Below, in pieces: positions 20,892 through 29,702 of a stretch of 55,029 nt of DNA; the first letter of the stretch is position 1, and each line of letters opens with the position of its first letter. The stretch lies in IMG/VR virus record IMGVR_UViG_2859793810_000007. One strand, written 5' to 3'. The notes beneath the pieces are model-generated. The model was not told the DNA's origin, searched no databases, and was given only the letters and a program-made list of their open reading frames with translations. The DNA comes from a virus (Duplodnaviria; Heunggongvirae; Uroviricota; Caudoviricetes). Both the position numbers and the translations under genes were made by a program.

Positions 20892-22474
20892 GTGATGTTG
20901 TCTCCTCTTCCGGCCTGCGACTCTCCGCTATCTGCTGCTGATACGCCTGGGCTATCCACACCGGACGTGAGAGTCCGGCTTTTTCGCGCTCTGCGGATTC
21001 CCTGACCTGCTGGCGGAAAATGTCCTGATAATCTTCGCCCATCAGTGCCAGTTCTTTCTCATACGTGCTCAGTCCGGCCTCAATGCGCATCACCGATTCC
21101 TGGACCTCCTTGAGCCCGTCAATGGCCATTCTTCCGGAGCTAATCCACTCTGCCCGTGACCAGGCTGAACGCGCCTGGTAAAAATCAAAACGCGCCCGTG
21201 GCGGACGAATAATCCCCCGAAGAAGCGCCTCTTCCAGCCAGCAGGAAAACATCTGCGTGGCCAGCCGGGCCGCAATAAATTTTCGCCGCCCCATAAAATA
21301 GCGCCACGACTCATTGGCGGAGGCGCGGGCACTTGAGTAACTGACCTTCGAGTAATCACGGGACAACTGTTCGTAGGAAACGCCAAGACCGGCTGCAATA
21401 TACCGCAGCAGCGCCTGTTCAAGCGCCGAAAATCCATTGTCTGAATCCTGCGCTGTCTGCAGGTTCAGCGCATCGCCAGGAAAAAAGGTGCGGAATTTTA
21501 ACACCGCCCAGCGTCACGTTATTCGTGTCATACCAGCGGGTGAACTTCTCCAGAATATTAATAAGCGGATTATCCTGCTGACCTTGCGGTGCCCCCGCGA
21601 TATATTCAAATGCCTTTTCGGTATCAAGTTCACTTTCGATTGTGGCTGCATACATCGCCTTCACAATGGCCGACTGAAGCTGCGTGGCCTGCAGGGAGTC
21701 CAGCATCTTCATCCGCTCCATTACGCTGTAAAACTGATTAGCCCCACGGGTCTGCCCGTCCTCCACCGGCTCAAAAATATGCAGCATGGCCGGACGCCCG
21801 GTGGGAAGCTCACGCGGGATCCGCTCCCAGCGTCCGGCACCAGAGAACGGAAAATCATCCTCACAGATATGGTACGCAATCGCCCGCCCATACCGATCGA
21901 CCTCAACCCCGGCCCGCAGAAAGTGGTTCCCCATACCGTGTCCTGGCGTGTCCACCCGTTTCGGACTCACGGCTTTAAAACGCGTACGGAATAACTGCGT
22001 GGTTTCCGTATCCCAGACCGGCTGCACAAAGATTTCGCCGTTAAAGGCATGCACGCCCACCCCTTCACGGATAAATTCCGTAAACGTGCGTTTCCCTTCC
22101 ACGTCGATCTCGCCAAACATTCCTTCTGCGTATTCCGACCAGGCTGCTTCCACCTCCCCGACAAAACTTTTTGCCGTGGTCTCCCGCATCCCCAGCCAAC
22201 GCCAGTTCAGACGGTAGCTGATAAGAAACATGTGCCCGACGATATGATCCTTATGCAGGGCCACCGCATTAGCCGCGATACCGTTATTGCGCACCAGATC
22301 ATCTGCCCGGGCATTCCCCAGACGCAATGCAGGCAACAGGGCCGCATCGGCACTCTGCGCCGGTGGTAACCACTCTGCCATTTGCCCGCCAAATCCTGCG
22401 CCGCCTCCGTTGTAGCTGAGACTCTCACGAAGCGGAACGCCGTTCACATCAATCAGGACAGGCGTTCGTTTCAT
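20881..22474 (-). pseudogene. B: portal protein B, split by a frameshift
   Basis: 351-aa and 207-aa ORFs both match lambda gpB; junction GGVKIPHLF / PGDALNLQTAQD falls on the T6 run (plus-strand A6, 21481-21486). Confidence 0.8.
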
Positions 22475-22674
22475 AACCTCACTCCCAGCGGTCGGCGGCG
22501 TCGGGTCGTACCCAGAACCGACTCCGCATCGTTGATCGCACGGTTAAGCTCATTCAGGGACGCTGCCGTATATTCGATCCTGCGACCGTCTTTCTGTACC
22601 GACACAACCCGTTTACCGGTTAATAAATCAAGGCGCGCCTGACGCAGCGCCTGCAGTTCAGCGACTGTAACCAT
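22471..22674 (-). CDS. W: head-tail joining protein W
   Basis: 67 aa, ...LTGKRVVSVQKDGRRIEYTAASL... like lambda gpW. Confidence 0.85.
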   Translation of the reverse strand: MVTVAELQALRQARLDLLTGKRVVSVQKDGRRIEYTAASLNELNRAINDAESVLGTTRRRRPLGVRL

Positions 22675-24585
22675 TCACTCCTCCGGACAGCTTCGCTGCC
22701 AGTTCTTCAAGGGTCGGTTGTGCAGTTGCATCCTTGCGGGATGCAACTGCACAGCCAGATCAAGTTGCCAGCGTTGCACGGACACACGTAATGCCGCATA
22801 GGCATACACCAGGCAGTCCAGCGCTTCGTTACGCCGCTTTTTGTTATCCCACAACAGACGCATCTTTCCTTTTTCCCACTTTTCCACCAGTTCCTCCGCC
22901 ACCAGTTGTTGTGCCTCTGTCTGCGAAAAAATCTCCGGATTATCAGGAAAGCGGATGGCATACGATGTGGCCTCATTCACAGGGGTGGGATCGGCCTTCA
23001 TTCGGGCATAGAGAATTTCTTTTGCGGTATCCGTCCCCACCTCACACAGATACACACCCCGCTGATTGCGGGTTTTCGGCATGGTGATCACCGGCTTGCC
23101 ATAGACAGAGGCACCTTTTACCGGCAGTACCCGGAAAATACCGTGTTTTTTTGACCTCTGATACACGATTTCGCCATCGATCCCCCCGATATCCCAGCAG
23201 ACACGGGAAATGGTCATTTCGGTACCGTCTGCATGGCGGTATTTTTTATTGATCGCCGCATCCACACGTAACAGCGTCTCTTCCTCATCAGGACGTCCCA
23301 TGATGATGATTTTATCCACCAGAAAGGCTTCCTCTCCCGGAGCCCACCCCCAGACATACATCTCAAAACGGTTTCGCTGCGAGTCAATGCCCGCCGTCAG
23401 ATAAACCACCCGGACAGGCACCGTTGCCGTGTAAGGCACAACCTTATCCATCAGTACCTGGTGATCGAGTTTTTCGCCCACGGCCTCTTCCCAGGTCTCG
23501 CCCAGCGTGGTGTTCACAAAAGTTTTCACGCCGTTGGGATCTTTCAGTGCATCCAGCCAGTCACAGACTATCTGTACCCTGGTGGTGAACGGACTGTACG
23601 CCGTCCATATATGGAAAGTGATGGAGCGCGGCGGCGGAATTTCATTACCCGAAGCACTGAAAAACGTCAGACCGTCACACGTCCACATCCCGGTATTGTC
23701 ACAAATCCAGCGCCCCCCGGTCTGATCAAGTTCAGACTGACGGATCACGCAGCCATTATGTTCACACAGGTAATACACCGTTTCCGGTTTACCCTTCTCC
23801 CATTTCAGGCCAAACGACGTCGCATCATCGCCAAACTTCAGATACTGCTCCTCCCCGCAATGAGGGCAAGGGACATAAAACCGCATGAAATGCGCAGATT
23901 CATTCGCAGCTTTTTCAATCTGACAGGAGCCTTTAATTTTTGGCGTTGAACCGCGTATGGATTTTGGCCATACCGAACCTTCAATACGTTTATCGCCAAG
24001 CAGTGTTGGCGAACCTTCTTTTTCCACATCCGGTTCAAACGAGGAGAGTTCGTCATAGCAGACCACATCGACAGATTTTTCACGGTAGTTTTTGGCAGCA
24101 GCACCACCCAAACACCAGAACCCCACACCAGAGGAAAAACGCTTCAGTGTGAGCGTATTATCCCGGTGTTTCCGGCCCAGCCAGGGAGAAAGTTTTTTCA
24201 GGCAAGGAACATCACGAATTGTTGCTTCCACGTGAGACTTCATAAAATCTTCAGCAGCTGAGTCCGTCGGCTGAAAAAGAAGAGTGTTGCGGGATTTGTG
24301 CTCAATAAAATACCCGATCACACCAAGCACCATTTTTGTATAACCAACACGGGCAGATTTAATCAGGTTAACTGTACGAATCTCGTCATTGCCCATGCAG
24401 TTCATGATGGCGACCTGAAACTGCAGCGTTTTCCATTCCCCCTCACCGTATGACGATTCTTTAGGCAGGTAATAATTTTGATCGGCCCATTCTACAGCCG
24501 TCACCGGCAATACCCTGACCAGTGGCTGCAGTGCGATAGTGACTGCCACCATCATATTACTCAGTTGTTGTTCTGATATATTCAT
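22675..24585 (-). CDS. A: terminase large subunit A
   Basis: MNISEQQLSN... and long collinear match to lambda gpA; ATG at 24583-24585. Confidence 0.9.
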   Translation of the reverse strand: MNISEQQLSNMMVAVTIALQPLVRVLPVTAVEWADQNYYLPKESSYGEGEWKTLQFQVAIMNCMGNDEIRTVNLIKSARVGYTKMVLGVIGYFIEHKSRNTLLFQPTDSAAEDFMKSHVEATIRDVPCLKKLSPWLGRKHRDNTLTLKRFSSGVGFWCLGGAAAKNYREKSVDVVCYDELSSFEPDVEKEGSPTLLGDKRIEGSVWPKSIRGSTPKIKGSCQIEKAANESAHFMRFYVPCPHCGEEQYLKFGDDATSFGLKWEKGKPETVYYLCEHNGCVIRQSELDQTGGRWICDNTGMWTCDGLTFFSASGNEIPPPRSITFHIWTAYSPFTTRVQIVCDWLDALKDPNGVKTFVNTTLGETWEEAVGEKLDHQVLMDKVVPYTATVPVRVVYLTAGIDSQRNRFEMYVWGWAPGEEAFLVDKIIIMGRPDEEETLLRVDAAINKKYRHADGTEMTISRVCWDIGGIDGEIVYQRSKKHGIFRVLPVKGASVYGKPVITMPKTRNQRGVYLCEVGTDTAKEILYARMKADPTPVNEATSYAIRFPDNPEIFSQTEAQQLVAEELVEKWEKGKMRLLWDNKKRRNEALDCLVYAYAALRVSVQRWQLDLAVQLHPARMQLHNRPLKNWQRSCPEE

Positions 24586-24864
24586 CGAGTAAATCCGGTA
24601 ATTTATCCCCCGCACGCGCGCACTGATTCGCTCCCTTAGCAATAAGGATTTTCAGATGATCAATATGACGCGGCGTTAAATCCGGGAACTGTCGTTGCAT
24701 GGACAAAGGAATGGAGTCAAGCGTACTGGATAAAGCCATCGCCAGCTTACTAAGGGCAAAAATACAAAATCCGGTATCGATAAGATTTCCTTTTGACACC
24801 TGATTTTTTAACTGCTGTGCGACAGCCTGTTCTGCGGTCAGTTCCCATCTGGCAATGAGTAGTT
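24557..24864 (-). pseudogene. Nu1: terminase small subunit Nu1, 3-prime fragment (5-prime part replaced by IS600)
   Basis: ...TGFCIFALSKLAMALSSTLDSIPLSMQRQFPDLTPRHIDHLK... matches the C-terminal half of lambda Nu1; ORF runs into the IS600 end. Confidence 0.75.
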
Positions 24865-24907
24865 TGAGGTGTACTGGCAATAGCGGACACTACCATTTGT
24901 TCTTTTT

Positions 24908-25726
24908 TTAAGCAGCCATCTGATGATATTTTTCCCTGAAGGCTGCCGGGGAGATATTCCCCAGACGAGAGTGACGACGCTGACGATTGTAGAAAATCTC
25001 AATGTATTCCCGTATTACTGAGATGGCTTCATCCCGGTTATTAAAACGATAGTGGCTCAGGCTCTCATTTTTCAGCGTTCCCCAGAAGCTTTCCATCGGA
25101 GCATTGTCGTAACAGTTACCTTTACGCGACATTGATGTTTTCAGACCAGACTGCTCCTGTATGACCCGGTAATCGTATGCGCAGTACTGTGAACCTCGAT
25201 CAGAGTGGTGGATTAGCCCGGCAGGTGGGCGCTGGCTCCTGAGCGCCATAAACAGGGCTTTACCTGTCAGCTCTTTTGTCATGCGCTCTCCCATGGCGTA
25301 GCCGACAATTTCACACGTATAAACATCTTTGATGCCAGCGAGGTACAACCATCCCTCCTGTGTGGCAACATACGTCAGGTCCGCCACCCAGACCTGATTT
25401 GGTGCTGTAGGAGCGAACGTCTGGTTCAGCAGATTTGGCGCAACTGGCAGATTGTGGTTCGGGTTCGTAGTCGCTCTGAACTTGCGTTTCTGCTTACAGC
25501 GTAGCCTTAGCTCCTTACGAAGACGTGCCAGTCGGTCACGACCAACGATGATGCCATTCTCTGCCAGCTCCGTCTGGAGCCGCCGGGTTCCATATGTTTC
25601 GCGAGTGCGGATATGTGCCACCTTAATCTCCGGTTTTAGCCGCTCATCACTTTGTTTTCTGTCTGAGGGTTCATGCTGTACCCAGTTGTAATAACCGCTC
25701 CTGGATACACCAAATACCTGACACAT
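24908..25726 (-). CDS. IS600 transposase OrfB (DDE integrase domain)
   Basis: 272 aa; ...HSDRGSQYCAYDY... IS3-family catalytic region. Confidence 0.9.
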   Translation of the reverse strand: MCQVFGVSRSGYYNWVQHEPSDRKQSDERLKPEIKVAHIRTRETYGTRRLQTELAENGIIVGRDRLARLRKELRLRCKQKRKFRATTNPNHNLPVAPNLLNQTFAPTAPNQVWVADLTYVATQEGWLYLAGIKDVYTCEIVGYAMGERMTKELTGKALFMALRSQRPPAGLIHHSDRGSQYCAYDYRVIQEQSGLKTSMSRKGNCYDNAPMESFWGTLKNESLSHYRFNNRDEAISVIREYIEIFYNRQRRHSRLGNISPAAFREKYHQMAA

Positions 25727-25761
25727 CGCTTCAATGGGAAATTGTTGTCGCCATTGTTCGA

Positions 25762-26064
25762 TTAACGCGTATTTTTCAGCGACTCCTGTGCAAAATACGC
25801 TGTTGCTTTTTTTAATATATCTCGCTCAAGGCGAGCTTCATTTAACGCCTTACGCAGTTGCAGAATTTCAGATTCCAGTTCAGCCAGCGTGCGGGAACCA
25901 GGAGTACCGAGCCCTTTTCTGGCGGCGGTAACCCATTGTCCTAAAGTGCCTTCAGGAAGAGATAATCGGGAAGCGCCTTCACTGATCGAAAGTTGATTTT
26001 CAAGAACCGTTCTGACAGCTTCGGCTTTGAACTCTTTAGAGTAACGTTGGGTTTTTCTGCTCAT
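25762..26064 (-). CDS. IS600 OrfA (HTH/leucine-zipper)
   Basis: 100 aa MSRKTQRYSKEFKAEAVRTVLENQ...; A AAA AAA slippery motif near its 3-prime end for OrfAB fusion. Confidence 0.9.
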   Translation of the reverse strand: MSRKTQRYSKEFKAEAVRTVLENQLSISEGASRLSLPEGTLGQWVTAARKGLGTPGSRTLAELESEILQLRKALNEARLERDILKKATAYFAQESLKNTR

Positions 26065-26128
26065 TATTAGCTCCTTCTGATGCCATTCTATTTCAGGAAG
26101 GAGTGTCCGTTAAACTCAGGCTACCTCA

Positions 26129-26530
26129 CCCGTCCCGGATACCGAGAACGTTTCGTCCAGCAACTGGAGAGAGTTCGACGGTGGCATCATTGCCCATGCC
26201 GGAGGCGCTGGAGGTTTCGGCTGAGGATGGCACAGGGCATTTTCCTTTGACGAGCACCCGACCACCATTATCAAGCTTGCGCCGAAGAGCATCATTTTCA
26301 GCTTTCGCATCAGCTAACTCCTTCGTGTATTTAGCATCGAGTGCATCAGCATCACGCTGGCGCTGCTGCATGTCAGTAATGGTTGCGTTCGCCAGCTTCA
26401 GTTCTCCGGCGTTTTTGTCGCGCTGCTCTTTGTAGGTAATGGCGTTATCACGGTAATGATTAACAGCCCATGACAGGCAGACGATGATGCAGATAACCAG
26501 AGCGGAGATAATCGCGGTGACTCTGCTCAT
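26129..26530 (-). pseudogene. Rz: i-spanin Rz, 3-prime truncated by IS600 (Rz1 o-spanin embedded at 26129-26310, also truncated)
   Basis: [34 protein letters not shown]... like lambda Rz; +1-frame [24 protein letters not shown]...PPAPPAW is Rz1-like (lipobox, Pro-rich); both read into the IS. Confidence 0.7.
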
Positions 26531-27060
26531 TGATCTATCCCCCAACAGGCTAATGCGCTTTCCTGGTCACGACGAATAACCTGTCCATAGCAGTTATTTG
26601 AACGTATGCGGCAATCGCGCCCAACATCTTTTATCCACCAGCGAATCGCCTCGCATGCGCCCTTACGATCACCGGCATTCAGCCGCTTATAAAACGTCGA
26701 CGGGAAACACTTACCGGGGCCAATGTTATAGGGGCAAAATGACGCTATACCCGCTTTCTGGGGTTCGGTCAGAGGTACTTTAATATTGCGCTCCACCCAT
26801 GCCAGCGCCTTATCACGTTCAATAGCGTTAACCTGGTCACATTTTTCCTTCGACAGCTTCATTCCCGGTATGACAGGCTTACCATCCACCATTGTGGCAC
26901 CACGACAGATGGTCCATATGCCAGAACCATCACGGTATGCCGTTGTGTGATTACCCTCTTTTTCGTTCAGAAACTGGTCAAGTATCTGGGGAGCAGACGC
27001 GCCTGCGGCAATCAGCGCCAGAACAGCAGCCGACAGGCCGTATTTGATTTTTGCGCTCAT
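26527..27060 (-). CDS. R: SAR endolysin (T4-lysozyme-like muramidase with N-terminal signal-anchor-release domain)
   Basis: 177 aa; N-terminal Gly/Ala-rich weakly hydrophobic segment [18 protein letters not shown]...D...T catalytic pattern like phage 21 R. Confidence 0.85.
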   Translation of the reverse strand: MSAKIKYGLSAAVLALIAAGASAPQILDQFLNEKEGNHTTAYRDGSGIWTICRGATMVDGKPVIPGMKLSKEKCDQVNAIERDKALAWVERNIKVPLTEPQKAGIASFCPYNIGPGKCFPSTFYKRLNAGDRKGACEAIRWWIKDVGRDCRIRSNNCYGQVIRRDQESALACWGIDQ

Positions 27061-27125
27061 GGATATTTATCAGGATTTATCGGCAACAAATAACGAGCCA
27101 ACTTATATACGCCTTTTAAGATAAG

Positions 27126-27755
27126 TCAGCCCCGGCTGGATCCAGTCATCAGGCTCTTTCTTAAAGGGGGAGTATTGAAATCACGAAGAAGAGCCTCCCG
27201 CACCGCAGCATCCATGTCTGCACCACTGGCAAGTGCTTCAATCTCTGCCGCCACCTGCAAATACCCCATGCAACGGCCAATGCGTTTCATAACTCTGGTG
27301 TTTTCGTCTTTCAGGCATCTGATAGCGAGATTAATAATTTTCAGGCAGTGATGATGCGATGCCCGGACAGGTTTTCCGTTCTCATAAACGACGAACTCAC
27401 CCTCTTCACAGGAAACCCTGAAAGGCCGATGGGGTTCCTGGTCTTTATCCGGTGCAGACGCAATAAAATCACTTTTATGCTCTTCCTCTCCGGCACTGTT
27501 AACCGTAATGACGTACTCAGGCCGCAGGTAAGCCGCCTCTTTTTCTGACAATGCGGCCGGTAAAAACTTTTCCTGCAAAAACTTCATAAAAGTCTCGTGA
27601 GCGACTTTGTGGCAGTAATCGTAAATCGCCGCATAATGCTCATCGCGGCGTTTGTTTTCATCTTCAGAACTCACCAACGCCGACAATTTTTTATTAAGCT
27701 CAGTGATTTCATTTTCCAGGTGATTGAATCGCTGATTCATTTCTTCATGCTTCAT
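27126..27755 (-). CDS. hypothetical 209-aa protein inserted between holin and endolysin (candidate moron)
   Basis: clean ORF with ATG at 27753-27755, 3 nt after the holin stop; acidic, coiled-coil-like N-terminus, His/Cys cluster HHHCLKIINLAIRCLK...RIGRCMG; no family recognised. Confidence 0.5.
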   Translation of the reverse strand: MKHEEMNQRFNHLENEITELNKKLSALVSSEDENKRRDEHYAAIYDYCHKVAHETFMKFLQEKFLPAALSEKEAAYLRPEYVITVNSAGEEEHKSDFIASAPDKDQEPHRPFRVSCEEGEFVVYENGKPVRASHHHCLKIINLAIRCLKDENTRVMKRIGRCMGYLQVAAEIEALASGADMDAAVREALLRDFNTPPLRKSLMTGSSRG

Positions 27756-27758
27756 TAT

Positions 27759-27974
27759 TTACTCTCCCCGTGCAGCCTTACGCTTGTCTTCTCTTATTTT
27801 GAAATACAGATTCGTCAGATAAGTCAGAAGCCCCAGAAGCAGACTTCCCAGCACACCAATCGCAGCCCACTGTGATGGCCTGACCTGATCCAACCACTGC
27901 AAAAACCAGTAGCCGGCACTGCCGGCGGAGGTGCCGTAGGCAATGCCCGTTGAAATTTTGTCCATGGATTTCAT
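27759..27974 (-). CDS. S: S21-type pinholin with dual start motif
   Basis: 71 aa [30 protein letters not shown]... near-identical in pattern to phage 21 S; Met1-Lys-Ser-Met4 dual start. Confidence 0.85.
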   Translation of the reverse strand: MKSMDKISTGIAYGTSAGSAGYWFLQWLDQVRPSQWAAIGVLGSLLLGLLTYLTNLYFKIREDKRKAARGE

Positions 27975-28266
27975 AGCCTCACCTCCGCAAATAACGGATG
28001 GCGTAGTTTTACACTGAGAAATGAAAGGGATTTGAAAAGAAAAAAACGCAAAAGCGGGCGAAACGATATATACAGTAAGGAAAGCACTCTATCCAACAAA
28101 CCACCCACAGTTAATCGGAATAAAAGCAGAGTGCTTATGAATGATCGCACGCCCGAAGGTTAGTATTTCTGCACAGCAATTTTGCAAAAAAAGGCGATCA
28201 TTCATAACTTAAACGTCTTTCAGTCACTCCGGGATTTCCCATCATCGCAGACTGAAAGACTCTGAC

Positions 28267-28341
<75 letters not shown>

Positions 28342-28344
28342 ATA

Positions 28345-28420
<76 letters not shown>

Positions 28421-28422
28421 GC

Positions 28423-28499
28423 TGGCCCACCACCGAGGACTCGAACCTCGCACCGTCAACTTAGAAGGTTGATGCTCTATCCGGATGAGCTAGTGGTGG
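28423..28499 (-). tRNA. tRNA-Arg (anticodon UCU)
   Basis: rc CCACCACTAGCTC...TCAACCTTCTAAGTTGA...GGTGGTGGGCCA; anticodon loop CUUCUAA. Confidence 0.75.
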
Positions 28500-28500
28500 T

Positions 28501-28577
28501 TGGTGGCCCTTGCTGGACTTGAACCAGCGACCTGGCGATTATGAGTCGCTCGCTCTGACCAACTGAGCTAAAGGGCC
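28501..28577 (-). tRNA. tRNA-Ile2-like (anticodon CAU; could be Met)
   Basis: rc GGCCCTTTAGCTCAGTTGGTCAGAGCGAGCGACTCATAATCGC...; close to E. coli ileX-type sequence. Confidence 0.75.
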
Positions 28578-28663
28578 GGAGGCAGAATAATAACCATATG
28601 TCATCACATCTGCAAACTCATCTGACCACCAGCGTGTTTAACGTCCTGTACCGTTTTTCAGGC

Positions 28664-28690
28664 ATAAAAAACCCGCCCGGAGGCGGGTTT
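28664..28690 (-). terminator. rho-independent terminator between Q and the tRNA array (tR-prime-like)
   Basis: minus strand CCCGCC-UCCG-GGCGGG hairpin followed by UUUUUU; lies about 90 nt downstream of the Q stop. Confidence 0.5.
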
Positions 28691-28776
28691 AAGCTGTGTG
28701 GCGAAGCAACCACTCTTAACAGAATATCCCGTTTTTTACGTACGTAAAATATTTTCTAGAAAGTCGCCCCTTACCA

Positions 28777-29157
28777 TCAGGGATGTTCAATATATTTGTC
28801 CATTTCTAACCGGACACCCAACATCATCAACATTCCTTCCACCACCCCCTCGGCTTTTTGTAGCTTCTTTCCTATATAACCATCTGAGCATCCATGCTTC
28901 CGCGCCAGCGTCATGAATGTCATCCCAAACACGTAGTAGTCAACCAGCAAGTCATGTAGATCGTTGTTGTTCCGGTTAAGGCGGGCCATACACCCACATA
29001 TAACCATCGCGTCATCGTCACAGCATTGCGGGCGGGATTTTACTTTTGAAGGGATTAATCCCTTAAAACCGGCAGCAATGGACGACCAGGTCACATCCTC
29101 ATGATTATTAGCCACCCACGCGCCCCAGCGCTCAAGAACCTGCTGAATATCACGCAT
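28777..29157 (-). CDS. Q: late antiterminator Q (82/933W-type)
   Basis: [34 protein letters not shown]...[17 protein letters not shown]... recognised as the Q family of phage 82/Stx phages; position directly upstream of terminator and tRNAs. Confidence 0.75.
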   Translation of the reverse strand: MRDIQQVLERWGAWVANNHEDVTWSSIAAGFKGLIPSKVKSRPQCCDDDAMVICGCMARLNRNNNDLHDLLVDYYVFGMTFMTLARKHGCSDGYIGKKLQKAEGVVEGMLMMLGVRLEMDKYIEHP

Positions 29158-29353
29158 CACTGTCTTTACCCCTGTCCCATCCACGATGAACAATCAGAAC
29201 ACCATCAACAATGGCGTGCCCTTTGCCCTCTTTATCTTCAGCATATTTTCTTACCGTGGCGCGATTACAGTTCAGCATTCGTGAAACTTCGGTCATATTA
29301 CCTCGTGTCTGGATAAGCAGTTCCGGTATCGTTTGAATTTTGACGCTCATCAA
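29150..29353 (-). CDS. ninH: NinH-like protein
   Basis: 67 aa ...[38 protein letters not shown]... like lambda NinH. Confidence 0.7.
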   Translation of the reverse strand: MMSVKIQTIPELLIQTRGNMTEVSRMLNCNRATVRKYAEDKEGKGHAIVDGVLIVHRGWDRGKDSDA

Positions 29354-29444
29354 ATACTCTCCGGTTCGGTGATTTTTATCCCGGGCTTTCCACCAGGGAC
29401 ATAATGATCGCGCACAAGCCAGGGCAAAACAAACTCATGGCGCA

Positions 29445-29702
29445 TCAGCGCAGCGCCTCCTGCACCAGTTTTTCAAACTTTCCGACTCTGGTTTCCAGCT
29501 CTGCCACACAGTCCACCAGCTCATCTACTGCTTTCTGTGCGCGATGCTTCGCCTGCATCAGTTCCCGAAGCGCGGGTACCATATCTTTACGGATAGCATC
29601 TTTTGTTATGCCCGTTTTTTCGAGTTGTTCAGCATGACGCAGCATTTCCTGCGCGTGTTTACGCAATTGTTCAGGGGTAAAAGTCATTGTCTGGTTGTTC
29701 AA
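29445..29702 (-). CDS. hypothetical 85-aa helical protein
   Basis: ATG overlaps the stop of the DnaB-like gene (translational coupling); coiled-coil-like; no family recognised. Confidence 0.4.
   Translation of the reverse strand: MNNQTMTFTPEQLRKHAQEMLRHAEQLEKTGITKDAIRKDMVPALRELMQAKHRAQKAVDELVDCVAELETRVGKFEKLVQEALR

Larger units (their letters stand above)
24865..26128 (-). mobile_element. IS600 (IS3 family), copy 1, 1264 bp
   Basis: ends TGAGGTGTACTGGCAATAGCGGACAC... and ...GTTAAACTCAGGCTACCTCA (imperfect IRs); orfA and orfB inside; no matching 3-bp flanking duplication (GTT / CCC). Confidence 0.9.

Noticed and set aside
22675-24642. Upstream in-frame extensions of several phage ORFs in the track (A from 24642, K from 10804, V from 16184, G from 15328, tape measure from 14644)
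   Set aside because: Internal ATGs preceded by GGAG-type RBS and matching the known lambda protein N-termini are the more likely starts; the extensions cross intergenic or IS sequence.
28578-28663. Looked for Shiga-toxin-like A/B subunit genes between Q/tRNAs and the holin
   Set aside because: The gap between the tRNA array and S is only about 290 bp (copy 1) and about 600 bp without a credible ORF (copy 2); no toxin-sized gene is present.
28700-28790. Attempted to pinpoint the Q-dependent late promoter and qut site
   Set aside because: Several weak -35/-10 candidates but none convincing by eye; only the downstream terminator hairpin is reported.
28698-28916. Plus-strand 72-aa ORF overlapping the end of Q and the late promoter region
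   Set aside because: Starts at a GTG, overlaps Q on the opposite strand and has low-complexity Pro/Ser-rich sequence; likely spurious.
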